A program made the translations under genes and the position numbers. This document shows, one piece after another, positions 46,578 to 55,430 of a stretch of 64,000 bases of DNA (position 1 is the first letter of the stretch; each line of letters begins with the position of its first letter). Under the pieces are notes generated by a model, which made no database searches, was not told the origin of the DNA, and was given only the letters and a program-made list of their open reading frames with translations. The DNA comes from a virus (Duplodnaviria; Caudoviricetes), in IMG/VR virus record IMGVR_UViG_3300014168_000003, positions 10,232 through 74,231 of that record; one strand, written 5' to 3'.

Positions 46578-47483
46578 TTAGGGATTTGATGGGGCAAGTT
46601 CTGGTTCTGGTTCGACCGCAGGCTGTTCGGATTCATGCCTTTCATTTTCAATCTTGGTGCGAATGCGCTTAGCGAGACTGAAACCTTTTCCTTCCGGGGA
46701 ACTAGAAAATTGACGTAGGTAGCGGGGCAGTTCATGGTAAAGAAGCTGGCTGGCTCTCGCACGACTAACCCCAGAACGAGCGGCGAACTCATCCAGCATT
46801 TCTCCTTGACCACCATCAAAGATGATAATCAAGTCAAAAAACTGAGTGATCTGCTTAGCTGTGGCGGGACGGAGCTTTCGTGTACACCATTCGTCGAAAG
46901 CATGACGAAGTTTACGCATTTCAACATTCTGCACAAGCTCTTCCTCTTCCTTATCGACCACCCCATGCTGAATTTTATTGAGAATACTCGGAGTATTAGG
47001 ATCCTCCGTAGTCAGGCCCATGGCGGTCTCCTGCTCAGGATACATCTTCCGGAGATACTTGATTGCATCCCCCATCATGAAAATAAAGCAGGTTTTCAGA
47101 TAAGAGGAAACCTGCTCTTCGAGAGGACGTTGCTGAATTTTCTCAGAAAGTCGGGCCGGGTCAAATTTATTCAACACATCCGACTTTTCTTCAAACAGGT
47201 GGTGGACTAGGACTTCGTGGATTGCCTCATCACGCATTTCTTCGTTATTGGGGGCAACTTTGGTCCGGTACACTCTATTGAGCCATTTGGCCCAATCCAT
47301 TTTAGGATCGATAGGGAGATTATGAGCCTTTAGGGCCTCATGAACATAGATGTTGAAATCCTCGTTGAAACTCATAATTCTCACCAGACTTGAAAACACA
47401 GAACGGGAAAGGGCGGATGATTTTATCCGTCCTTGTTCTTGTGTTCTCAAACCTGAGAGAACTAGGCCAGCCGAGAGCTTCAT
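46578..47483 (-). CDS. Sigma-70-like factor
   Basis: RDEAIHEVLVHHL..LNKFDPA..VSSYLKTCF (region 2-like) and EFAARSGVSRARASQLL (region 4.2 HTH). Confidence 0.6.
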   Translation of the reverse strand: MKLSAGLVLSGLRTQEQGRIKSSALSRSVFSSLVRIMSFNEDFNIYVHEALKAHNLPIDPKMDWAKWLNRVYRTKVAPNNEEMRDEAIHEVLVHHLFEEKSDVLNKFDPARLSEKIQQRPLEEQVSSYLKTCFIFMMGDAIKYLRKMYPEQETAMGLTTEDPNTPSILNKIQHGVVDKEEEELVQNVEMRKLRHAFDEWCTRKLRPATAKQITQFFDLIIIFDGGQGEMLDEFAARSGVSRARASQLLYHELPRYLRQFSSSPEGKGFSLAKRIRTKIENERHESEQPAVEPEPELAPSNP

Positions 47484-47495
47484 TATTTATCTCGA

Positions 47496-47699
47496 TTAGT
47501 CGAGAATCATGTCATTTGGTTCCCACGCATCGCTCTTGTCGTCACTCAAGACGGATTCGAGGGTGGACACATATTCCTTGTGATCGTCAAAGCACTGGAG
47601 CTTTTCTCCAGCAGCGACCTTAGAACCTGTCTTGGTGAGTTCTTCAGCGAAGAGGTTGTTCATCGCCTCAGCGTCAGCGGCAGCAATTTTTGTAGTCAT
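47496..47699 (-). CDS. Small acidic K-x-A protein
   Basis: 67 aa, AGGAG RBS, KIAA and KVAA. Confidence 0.6.
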   Translation of the reverse strand: MTTKIAAADAEAMNNLFAEELTKTGSKVAAGEKLQCFDDHKEYVSTLESVLSDDKSDAWEPNDMILD

Positions 47700-47764
47700 A
47701 GGGGCTCCTAGTAAAAGTCTACATCCTAAGAATTAGGAAGTCCATTTGTGATGAAGACTTGTCC

Positions 47765-48745
47765 TTACCGGGCTGTCAGGTAGGAGCGAATAGATGCCTT
47801 GCGAACCCAGAAGATGCCTGAAATCTGACCCGTATCGACCTTCTCTTTTTTAAATCCAAAGGATTTTGCCAGATTATCGTAATACATCTTGATTTTCTGC
47901 GGATCTACAGAGGGGTCTCTTGTAGCAATGCTATCAGAGCTATTGATGGCCACATATTTGATTCCATGGGATCGGGCAATCTCCAGAATCGTAGCCAGTG
48001 CATACTCACTCCAGTCTTCGAATAACTGGACCAGCTTGCCTTTGATCTCTTCCAGACTCTCAACCGTATACCCCATCATCTGGAATTGACCCTTTGCCCC
48101 ATTAAAACGCTGCCTCGCATCAGGAATTGCGTCAATTTGAGTTCTGACTCCCTCGTTCTGAGCGTTGTACCATGATTGGTAATTAGGGTGTTTGAGGAAT
48201 GCCTGGGCCTGCGATACCCCATTCACTAAATCAGATTGAATCTCATCGACAAACAGGTAGTCCTCATCCACAAAATCAACTCGAAGCCAGCCCACCGTAT
48301 CTCGCTTAGCTGGGTGTCCGGAGGGGCCGCTGGCCTGACCTACCATGTCGATAAACTGACCCAGCGGGGAGTCCTCTTCCAAGATTTTGTTTGCATCGGC
48401 TCCTCTATTCAACTGCATGACCAATTGCTCTACATCTCGATAAGAGTGCTCGGGGCTATGATACTTGTCGTAAGTGATATTATAGTTGCCACGGCTCTGC
48501 TGCTTGTCAATCCAACTCTTCAGATCAGACTGCTGAACAGTGGGTTTATTATGACGAATTTCAGTGAATAATTGAGGGTACTGCTTTACGGCCTGCTGAA
48601 ATTTTTGCTGGAACTCTCTCCAACTCAGAGCTTGAATGTTCTCATCCACCATAGCCTGATAGGTGCGGCGAACCGCATCAAACTCTTTGGACATCGGCTG
48701 CTTGGGTAGGTTGGTAGTATCTGGAAGAGCGGCATTTTTCATCAA
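47765..48745 (-). CDS. Protein with a 'large polyvalent protein'-type LFVDEIQSD domain
   Basis: H...TVGWLRVD..LFVDEIQSD..W.EYAL..ILEIARSHGIKYVAI..YYDNL. Confidence 0.55.
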   Translation of the reverse strand: MMKNAALPDTTNLPKQPMSKEFDAVRRTYQAMVDENIQALSWREFQQKFQQAVKQYPQLFTEIRHNKPTVQQSDLKSWIDKQQSRGNYNITYDKYHSPEHSYRDVEQLVMQLNRGADANKILEEDSPLGQFIDMVGQASGPSGHPAKRDTVGWLRVDFVDEDYLFVDEIQSDLVNGVSQAQAFLKHPNYQSWYNAQNEGVRTQIDAIPDARQRFNGAKGQFQMMGYTVESLEEIKGKLVQLFEDWSEYALATILEIARSHGIKYVAINSSDSIATRDPSVDPQKIKMYYDNLAKSFGFKKEKVDTGQISGIFWVRKASIRSYLTAR

Positions 48746-49659
48746 ATAACTCCCTTACGTGTTCGAACCTTTTGACCGGGTTGGAGTCCCATATCCAGGC
48801 CACTCCGTTCAGGCTTTTTGGGCCTTGCTGGCTTACTTGGGTTTTCCTTCATGTCTTCCACAGACTCAGCCTGTTCGATGGGCTTCATGACAAGATCCAT
48901 CAAGCGATCTTGTTCTTTTTGAAGAAGATCTTGTCTACGCTGAACTTCCTGTGGGCTCGGACCTTGCATTTGAGTGAGAGCCTTCTGCGGAGGAGTTGGC
49001 TTCGGAACCTGCGGAGCTTTAGTGGGTCGCGGGGCCACTGGCTTGCCCTTTTCATGGGGCAGAGCTTGCTGCAATTTCTCATCAGCCTCTTGGTCCAAAC
49101 GTTCCTGCTCTTCACGAGACTTATTCTCTTGAACCAACAAGTCTCTGGAGATGTTTTTGATAACCTTGCTGATGGAGGGAATGATTCGATCCGCAACAAC
49201 TTTCACATGCTTGCAGATCAGATATCCATTTCGTAGATCTAGCCGTTCCTGGGGGGCCTGTAAGAGGGGCCTTGGCTGCCCTTCTAAGCCGTCCTTCTCA
49301 TGAAGGTGCCACTGAGCCCCCCAATACAAAAAGGCGGGGCATGTGCAGGAGCAGCGAACCTGGAGGTCATTCAGGGTGGTGTCTTTGGTTACCTGAGAGA
49401 TATCAAACTTGACCCTAACTTCATGGCCAGCCGGATCTGAATCCTCTTTCTGACATTTCACCCTATATTGCATGGAAAGCTCTTTAGGGAGGGAGCGGAT
49501 CAATGTGGGTACACAACCCTTAACATACTTCAAGCTGAACTGATTCGTCAGGGTTGTAAGCTCCCTGATATTCAAAGCAATTTTATAACGAGATACAGCC
49601 AGATAGGAGAGTGGGATACTCACCCACACTTCATCTGGCTGCTTGGGATTATCGGACAT
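48742..49659 (-). CDS. SWIM-type zinc-finger protein
   Basis: VRCSCTCPAFLYWG...ICKHV (CxCxnCxH); Pro/Gln-rich tail. Confidence 0.7.
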   Translation of the reverse strand: MSDNPKQPDEVWVSIPLSYLAVSRYKIALNIRELTTLTNQFSLKYVKGCVPTLIRSLPKELSMQYRVKCQKEDSDPAGHEVRVKFDISQVTKDTTLNDLQVRCSCTCPAFLYWGAQWHLHEKDGLEGQPRPLLQAPQERLDLRNGYLICKHVKVVADRIIPSISKVIKNISRDLLVQENKSREEQERLDQEADEKLQQALPHEKGKPVAPRPTKAPQVPKPTPPQKALTQMQGPSPQEVQRRQDLLQKEQDRLMDLVMKPIEQAESVEDMKENPSKPARPKKPERSGLDMGLQPGQKVRTRKGVI

Positions 49660-49688
49660 TGGTCGCTCTCATAAGAGAGGGCAATAGT

Positions 49689-50147
49689 CTAAGACTTTTT
49701 CGCTTTGCGTGGTTTAGGGATGTCAGCGGTTTCCACTACCCGATCTTCAGGGGTAATGCCAGGGACCAGAGGAAGCATAGAGTCAGGAATCCCCTTCACT
49801 TCTGTGATATCCACAATTTTGATGTCCCCTTCGAGAGTCTGGGTGGCTGTTACGGTTACCGACTTATCTTCACCGAAACCTAAATCCATCCCTACAATGT
49901 AAGAGGACACTGGGGGAACCGGAAGATTAGGAAGAGAGTTGATTTCAGTCGGCTTTTTCACCCAACCAAGTCTCAAGAACTCTTGAAGACCGCTTCGAGA
50001 GAACTGAACCGTCCCCATCAAAACTGAGTTCCGATAAATGGTCAACGCAAAGGTTAGGTCGTTATACATTAAAATATCCCCCGGCTTGGTGTAAAGCCTC
50101 TGATCAGGGAATTTCAACTCACGATCTGACTGATACTGATGCAGCAT
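49689..50147 (-). CDS. Hypothetical protein
   Basis: 152-aa co-oriented ORF. Confidence 0.6.
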   Translation of the reverse strand: MLHQYQSDRELKFPDQRLYTKPGDILMYNDLTFALTIYRNSVLMGTVQFSRSGLQEFLRLGWVKKPTEINSLPNLPVPPVSSYIVGMDLGFGEDKSVTVTATQTLEGDIKIVDITEVKGIPDSMLPLVPGITPEDRVVETADIPKPRKAKKS

Positions 50148-50148
50148 T

Positions 50149-50835
50149 TTAACCCTTTGCCGATCCTGCTGGGGTGCGGGGGCGATTCACCCTCTTAACT
50201 CTGGAGAGAACGGCATCAACTGCTTCAGCTTCAGAAAGCTGACCATGACCCTGCGTAGGATCCTCACCCAGAGCAGACTCAAGGATGGGGGATGTCCGCT
50301 CCGGAGCCGCTGGGGCCACAACCTTTCCGATAGGCTTGGGAAGGGGCTTGGGGGCTGGCTTGGGAGTAGGGGCCGGAACTACTGGTCTTGCTGGAGGTGG
50401 GACGGGACGAGGGGCCTGGGGGGTCGGAACGGGCTTGGCGGTAGGGGTATTGGAACGATTTGCAGGACGCAAGGCCGCAGCCTTGGAGATAGCCTTATTG
50501 GCAGTTGCCTGATTGATGGCAGCCTGAGCCTGAGCAATCTGGGCCTGAGCCGCAGCAATGATCTCATAGGGGTCCGTGGAGGTCTCCTGCTCTTCACCTT
50601 CCTCACCCTCAACACCGATCTCTTCAAGCCATCCGTGACCAAGCATGGTCTCAATGCCCTGATCGGTCAGGGTAAGTTCACGCTCCTTATACCCATCCGA
50701 AAACTGATAGGTGGTGTGAGCGATCTGAGTGATCGTATCCCCTGGTAGAGCCGTAAAGCCATTGGGAGTCTTCCCATCTGGTCCCTTCTGAGGAAAGTTT
50801 ACGTCTCGGGTGAATTTATAGCATTTTTGAGTCAT
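50149..50835 (-). CDS. Hypothetical protein with Pro/Ala-rich linker
   Basis: 228 aa, GGAG RBS; the N-terminal domain resembles the N-terminus of the adjacent 49689-50147 gene (YxFxRxxxFP...xPGD). Confidence 0.65.
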   Translation of the reverse strand: MTQKCYKFTRDVNFPQKGPDGKTPNGFTALPGDTITQIAHTTYQFSDGYKERELTLTDQGIETMLGHGWLEEIGVEGEEGEEQETSTDPYEIIAAAQAQIAQAQAAINQATANKAISKAAALRPANRSNTPTAKPVPTPQAPRPVPPPARPVVPAPTPKPAPKPLPKPIGKVVAPAAPERTSPILESALGEDPTQGHGQLSEAEAVDAVLSRVKRVNRPRTPAGSAKG

Positions 50836-50905
50836 GCGTTCTCCATAGATGAGATCCTTCTATAAGATAGAGGGGGATATTAAGTTAATACTCGATTTGA
50901 GAAAA

Positions 50906-50933
50906 AGAAAGCCCCAATTTCTTGGGGCTTTCT
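50906..50933 (-). terminator. Intrinsic terminator after the major capsid gene (potentially bidirectional)
   Basis: agaaagccccaa-tttc-ttggggctttct with T-runs on both strands. Confidence 0.85.
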
Positions 50934-50958
50934 CATTTTTACCAGACTTATCTGGATT

Positions 50959-51897
50959 TTAGGAGCGGGTGATCACGATACGTTCAAGTCCTGATGGGTT
51001 GAAGATCAGGAATCCGAGGATCTCGAACACGCTGAATCCGATCTGACGAAGGTCAGGGCGGTCAGCACTTAGAACGGTCAGGGGGACACGCTCAGGGATG
51101 ACACCAAGGAACTCGGCATCAGCCATGACCCAGACATCACCGTAATTGACTTTTCTGGACTGCAAGATCGTTGCGCCCCAGAGATAGCCCATAATACCGG
51201 TTTTCAGCAAGTGACGCTGAGTCTCACGGTCGATGTTGTCATCAGTCCACTTCAGGATGTCCACATAATCACGAGGATTCATGAAGATGTAGGCGACTGA
51301 AAGGTCGTGACGCTGCACCATACCGAAGGCATCTGCGAAGGGATCAACGGCGAGGCCGTAAGGTCCGGAAGCTGAAGAAACGGTATAGGCAAGGCTCTTG
51401 TTGTAGACGTAATCAGTGTATCCGGTCGAAGAAGTAGCGGTGGTGGCTGCTGCGTCAATGGCGAGGAACATATTGAAAACGTGGTTGTCTTCGGCGGCTC
51501 CGACTTCGGCCTTCGCCAGATTGAGTGCGCGAGAAACGATGTCGAATCTGCGCTCTTTAATCTGGGTGATTGGAATCATGGGGTTAGACACGATTTCAAA
51601 CGTGGGGACCGTGACACGGATAGGATTGGCAACGTTAACAACGTCTCCACCCTGTTCACCGACCACGAACGCCTGCACGAAGCTGCGTCCGGTTTCGTCA
51701 AATTCCTTGTCGTAAATCGGGAGGGCTCCATCGGGAAGTGTTTCTACCATCAATGCTTTACGGGCGATTGACATGTAGTCACGGCGACGACGAAGAGAGG
51801 GGCCTAGAGCGGCGGCTAGCTTCTGGCGACCGGCTGCGGTCTTCAGAATCTGACCAAGCTGGGCGGTCTGTGCTTGGGTGCGGGATAGAATAGTCAT
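50959..51897 (-). CDS. Major capsid protein (HK97 fold)
   Basis: GRQKLAAALGPSLRRRRDY..LPDGALPIYDKE, IKERRFDIV, MNPRDYVDI, GIMGYLWGATILQS; strong RBS, GC3-rich codons, downstream of protease and scaffold. Confidence 0.85.
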   Translation of the reverse strand: MTILSRTQAQTAQLGQILKTAAGRQKLAAALGPSLRRRRDYMSIARKALMVETLPDGALPIYDKEFDETGRSFVQAFVVGEQGGDVVNVANPIRVTVPTFEIVSNPMIPITQIKERRFDIVSRALNLAKAEVGAAEDNHVFNMFLAIDAAATTATSSTGYTDYVYNKSLAYTVSSASGPYGLAVDPFADAFGMVQRHDLSVAYIFMNPRDYVDILKWTDDNIDRETQRHLLKTGIMGYLWGATILQSRKVNYGDVWVMADAEFLGVIPERVPLTVLSADRPDLRQIGFSVFEILGFLIFNPSGLERIVITRS

Positions 51898-51912
51898 TGT
51901 ATTTGTCTCCCT

Positions 51913-52720
51913 TTACAAGAACGAAGCAACGCCAAGCCAGGGCTCGGTGGCAGAGATTGGGTGGGTGCAGATACCCACGACGATGGATCCGGCAGTGTTT
52001 GCGGAACCAGGGGTTGCCGTAAACATTCCAGGACCAACCGAACCACCAACGTTAGCAGTGTAGAGACGCTGACCGTTGAGGGGGGTGCTGCCTGTCACCT
52101 GAGAGGCGGGAACCTTGAACTTGGGGAATGCGCGGACCACAGGGGTCTTGCCAGAACCCGAAGGGGTAATGGAAGACGAGAACTGGCCAGCACCCAAGAG
52201 CAAGAAGCCGTAGGGGACTTCTGGAGCGGCTCCGGTGAGGGAGGTTGCGCCGTCCAGAGGGTGAACGATGAGATTGAGAACGCCAGGGGTAGTGGCCCCA
52301 TTGTAAAGAATGCTAACGATGGCTCCAGAATTATAGCCAGCAGCAGTCAATGCAGCATTATCAGTCCCAGGATCACCTGTGAGAGTCAGATTGGGGACGC
52401 AAGTTCCGTCATTCTGACCGTAATATTCGCATTTGTTTCACTTGTGGTTTTCAGACCCACTAGGAAATTTTTCTCTACCACTTCAGTTTTCACTGCCACT
52501 ACCATTAGTGTTTGTGGTCTGGACTATGCCTTCATCTTGTTGAAATTTCTTCAAGTTAGATGGGTTATTATAGTCTCTACACGTTCAAATCTCAGCACCG
52601 TATGATTTGCTTCGCTCGGCGTTGGCATCAGGGTTACCTGGAAGCGTTCACCGAATTTAAACCTTACGAACGTAATGTTTCCACTGCGCCGACCCGATAT
52701 ATATTAAGTTCGAGATACAT
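51913..52720 (-). CDS. Putative capsid decoration protein, spliced: join(52713..52720, 51913..52429), 174 aa
   Basis: AGGAG RBS plus ATGTATCT (exon 1) joins in frame to CGAATATTACGGTCAG... (exon 2), giving MYLEYYGQNDGTCVPNLTLTGDPG...; 8+517=525 nt; directly upstream of the MCP. Confidence 0.8.
52430..52712 (-). ncRNA. Group I self-splicing intron, 283 nt, no internal ORF
   Basis: P AAATTCGGTGAA (52647-52658), Q AACGCCGAGCGAAGC (52609-52623), R GTGTAGAGACTATA (52569-52582), S AAGGCATAGTCC (52521-52532); P4-P8 pairings; U.G at the 5' splice site; terminal G. Confidence 0.92.
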
Positions 52721-52879
52721 TCTCTACTCTCCTATATATGATTTTTCGCTTCTCCATGGATCAGCCGAGGTGGCGAGATCGCTACAAGATGGAGTCGCTT
52801 GTGCATATGAGGAAGGGATATTAGCAAAACAAAGTTACTTATATAACGTGGTTTTCCAGTATTAGATATAGAGGTTAGA

Positions 52880-53542
52880 ATGACAAGACCACTAGGTATT
52901 TACCCATTTCCATATGACACCAGGGCAGGGGTGTACCAAATTGAAAATAAACTGAGTGGAGTCGTATATATTGGCTCTGCCATTAATTTCTATCGAAGAT
53001 GGAGGAGACATCACAATGAACTCACTAGGGGAGTTCACAGCAATCAGCATCTCCAGAGAGCTTGGGATAAGTATGGGCCTGACTCGTTTATCTGGACTGT
53101 GTTGGAAGAAACCAACTGCACCCGTGAAACACTGCTAAGCCGTGAACAGTACTGGATGGATAGAATAAAAAAAGAGGGGGTATTACTTTACAATACCTGC
53201 GTCACTGCTGGTTCCCATCTAGGTGTAAAACGTTCTGAAAAAACCAGGAAATTAATGTCTGAAATTGCTAAAAAACGAGGAGATAATGGTATTAGACGAG
53301 ATGAAGAATGGTGCAGGCAAGTGTCAGAAGCAAATAAGAATAATGTAGAAACTAGATGTGATGCGAAGTTTAGAGAGAAGATGTCAAAACTAAAGATTGG
53401 AAATATGTATTGTAAAGGAAAAAAATGGATCAATAAAAATGGGTGCAGCAAAAGAGTGTCTTTAGAGGAGCTGCCTCTATTCTTGGAGCAGGGTTGGAAG
53501 AAGGGGAGAGCCACTATAGTAATTCTGCCACCTGAGAAGTAA
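52880..53542 (+). mobile_element. Free-standing GIY-YIG homing endonuclease (NUMOD3), the only well-supported plus-strand gene
   Basis: AGVYQIENKLSGVVYIGSAINFYRRWRRH, SNQHLQRAWDKYG, REQYWMD..YN, RSEKTRKLMSE; AT-rich; GAGG RBS and CAGTATTA motif upstream. Confidence 0.9.
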
Positions 53543-53993
53543 AAGTTACCAGAGGGAATTCTCTAATTACCTGTAATTTGGTATCACCCTGATAAAAAAA
53601 GGAGTCGTATCTACTGGAAAAAGAATCCATATCATCAAGATTGAGCCCGGTTACTTCTACCCACTTACATTCTTCTGGATGTTCCACATCATCCATGAGA
53701 ACTTTGTACTTCATATTCATATAACTAGCAGTAGGATTAGAATAATCAGGATTAGATTTTTTGATCTTAAATTGCTCGTAAATCCACATCCAATTTCGAA
53801 CATATTGAGCCGTATAGACTTTATTCTGAAAATCAGGGTAATAGGGGTCTGTAAAATAATAAAATTTAGCACTGGAAGCTCGTTGTTTGAGCGATTCCCA
53901 AATTTTAAGAGTCATCATTCTTTTATCCTTGAGAATACGAATAAGATTCCAGGTTGGGTCTTCATTAGTCCACATAAGAAATCGGCCCCTCAT
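53514..53993 (-). CDS. Hypothetical AT-rich protein; true start probably downstream of 53993
   Basis: Convergent with and overlapping the GIY-YIG 3' end. The track start lies inside a hairpin; ATG 53918 has an AAGGA RBS. Confidence 0.55.
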   Translation of the reverse strand: MRGRFLMWTNEDPTWNLIRILKDKRMMTLKIWESLKQRASSAKFYYFTDPYYPDFQNKVYTAQYVRNWMWIYEQFKIKKSNPDYSNPTASYMNMKYKVLMDDVEHPEECKWVEVTGLNLDDMDSFSSRYDSFFYQGDTKLQVIREFPLVTFTSQVAELL

Positions 53994-54006
53994 GTAAGGG
54001 GCCGAT
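53981..54006 (-). terminator. Probable terminator after the scaffold gene
   Basis: atcggcccct-catgta-aggggccgat followed on the minus strand by TTCTTAT. Confidence 0.7.
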
Positions 54007-54082
54007 ATTCAGAGAGCTATTTGCTTACTGTTTATTTCAATCCACTCATAAGGAAATTCCGTATGAGACTACCACCTTCATT

Positions 54083-55345
54083 TTAGATGTCATCCGTGAA
54101 GACAAGGTTAGCAAGCATTGCCTGCTCTTTGCTCATATCCGTGGCGGTCTTGACATTGCCGAGACTGCGGATTGAAGCGGCCTTAGCGGCTGGCTTGGCA
54201 GGGGCCTTGGAGGCGACTGACTTCTTTGGGGGTTCGAGCTTTGGCTCACCCTCACGCTTGGCACCCGGATCATACTTGTCAACGCCTAGGGTCTTCAGAA
54301 CCTCATAGAGGATCACATCTTCATGATCTTCCTCAGCGTCTGGCACTCCACCTTCATTCAGAAGATCATCAGCCATATCGCCACGCTCGACAATCGGATC
54401 ATCCACACCCTGGACCTTTGCAGCTACCTTCTGATCGGCAAGCAGCACATCGAGGGAAGAGATGTCATAGCGAGAGGCATGATGGAAGAAATCTTCAGGG
54501 GATGCGGTTGCTCCACCCTCTTCAAGCTCATTGGGCTCGGATCCGAAGAATCCTGCGCCACCATCAGCTTCAACGGGAAGACCATCCTCACCAAACTCCT
54601 CACCCTCACCCTCATTTGCCAACGCATCGGTCTTGTCGCCCATGTCGTCTTCGTTGAAGATCTTGGTGAAATCGAGTTCCTCTTCGCCTTCAATTGCTTC
54701 CTCAAGGGAAGTAACATCGGCTTCAAGATTGTCAATCTTTTCCTGGAGTTCCTGCTTCTTTTCGTCAGGAATTGGCTCACCAGCGGGGGCTCCACCTTCA
54801 GGAGGCATCGTCTCATCCATCGGAGGAGTAGTTTCGTCAACTGGAGGAACCGTCTCATCAACTGGAGGAACATCACCTTCTGGGGGAACATCACCCATTG
54901 GGGGCATTTCGTCCTTGGGGGCCTCATCCTTTGGAGCCTCATCTTTCTTGGGCTCTTCAGTCTCATCAGCCTTCTTGTTCAAGTCGGCAGTCTTGGGCTC
55001 ACCCTTCAATTCCTTCTCGACTTCACCCTTCATCTTCTTGAGGAAGGACTCATCTTCGAGGAACTCATTGAGTTCAACTTTGTGTACCTGCTCGAACTTC
55101 TCGGCAATCTTGGTATAATGAGCATTGATGGCCGTCTGACGCAGCATTGCAGTCAGTGCCTTGGTGCTATTCGCCAAGAGCGAGGAAGCGAGTTTGTACT
55201 GGATTTCGTTCGGAGCGGTCGGAAGCAACGACTTGGCAAGCGTCCATGCAGAGGCTACGCGAATCTTAGCTTCCTTATGGGTAGACTGCTTTGTTTCTCG
55301 GATGCTAGCGAGGCGTTCTTTCAGGGACTTACGATCTTCGGCCAT
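54083..55345 (-). CDS. Capsid scaffolding protein
   Basis: Highly acidic, E/D/P-rich with coiled coils, between protease and capsid genes; late-class motif at 55379-55401. Confidence 0.7.
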   Translation of the reverse strand: MAEDRKSLKERLASIRETKQSTHKEAKIRVASAWTLAKSLLPTAPNEIQYKLASSLLANSTKALTAMLRQTAINAHYTKIAEKFEQVHKVELNEFLEDESFLKKMKGEVEKELKGEPKTADLNKKADETEEPKKDEAPKDEAPKDEMPPMGDVPPEGDVPPVDETVPPVDETTPPMDETMPPEGGAPAGEPIPDEKKQELQEKIDNLEADVTSLEEAIEGEEELDFTKIFNEDDMGDKTDALANEGEGEEFGEDGLPVEADGGAGFFGSEPNELEEGGATASPEDFFHHASRYDISSLDVLLADQKVAAKVQGVDDPIVERGDMADDLLNEGGVPDAEEDHEDVILYEVLKTLGVDKYDPGAKREGEPKLEPPKKSVASKAPAKPAAKAASIRSLGNVKTATDMSKEQAMLANLVFTDDI

Positions 55346-55430
55346 GGTTCTGACTCCTTTTTGGTGGTGAAATAGGCTCTCTATTCCTTGATTCAGAAAG
55401 TTTGTAAACTCTCTAGTTTTAGTAAACGTA

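Noticed and set aside
51913-52350. 145-aa ORF with TTG start as the complete decoration gene
   Set aside because: No RBS at 52350; the frame stays open and coding-like to the intron boundary at 52429, and splicing supplies RBS and ATG.
54226-55375. Several long plus-strand ORFs (350, 195, 143 aa)
   Set aside because: Shadows of the low-complexity acidic scaffold gene.
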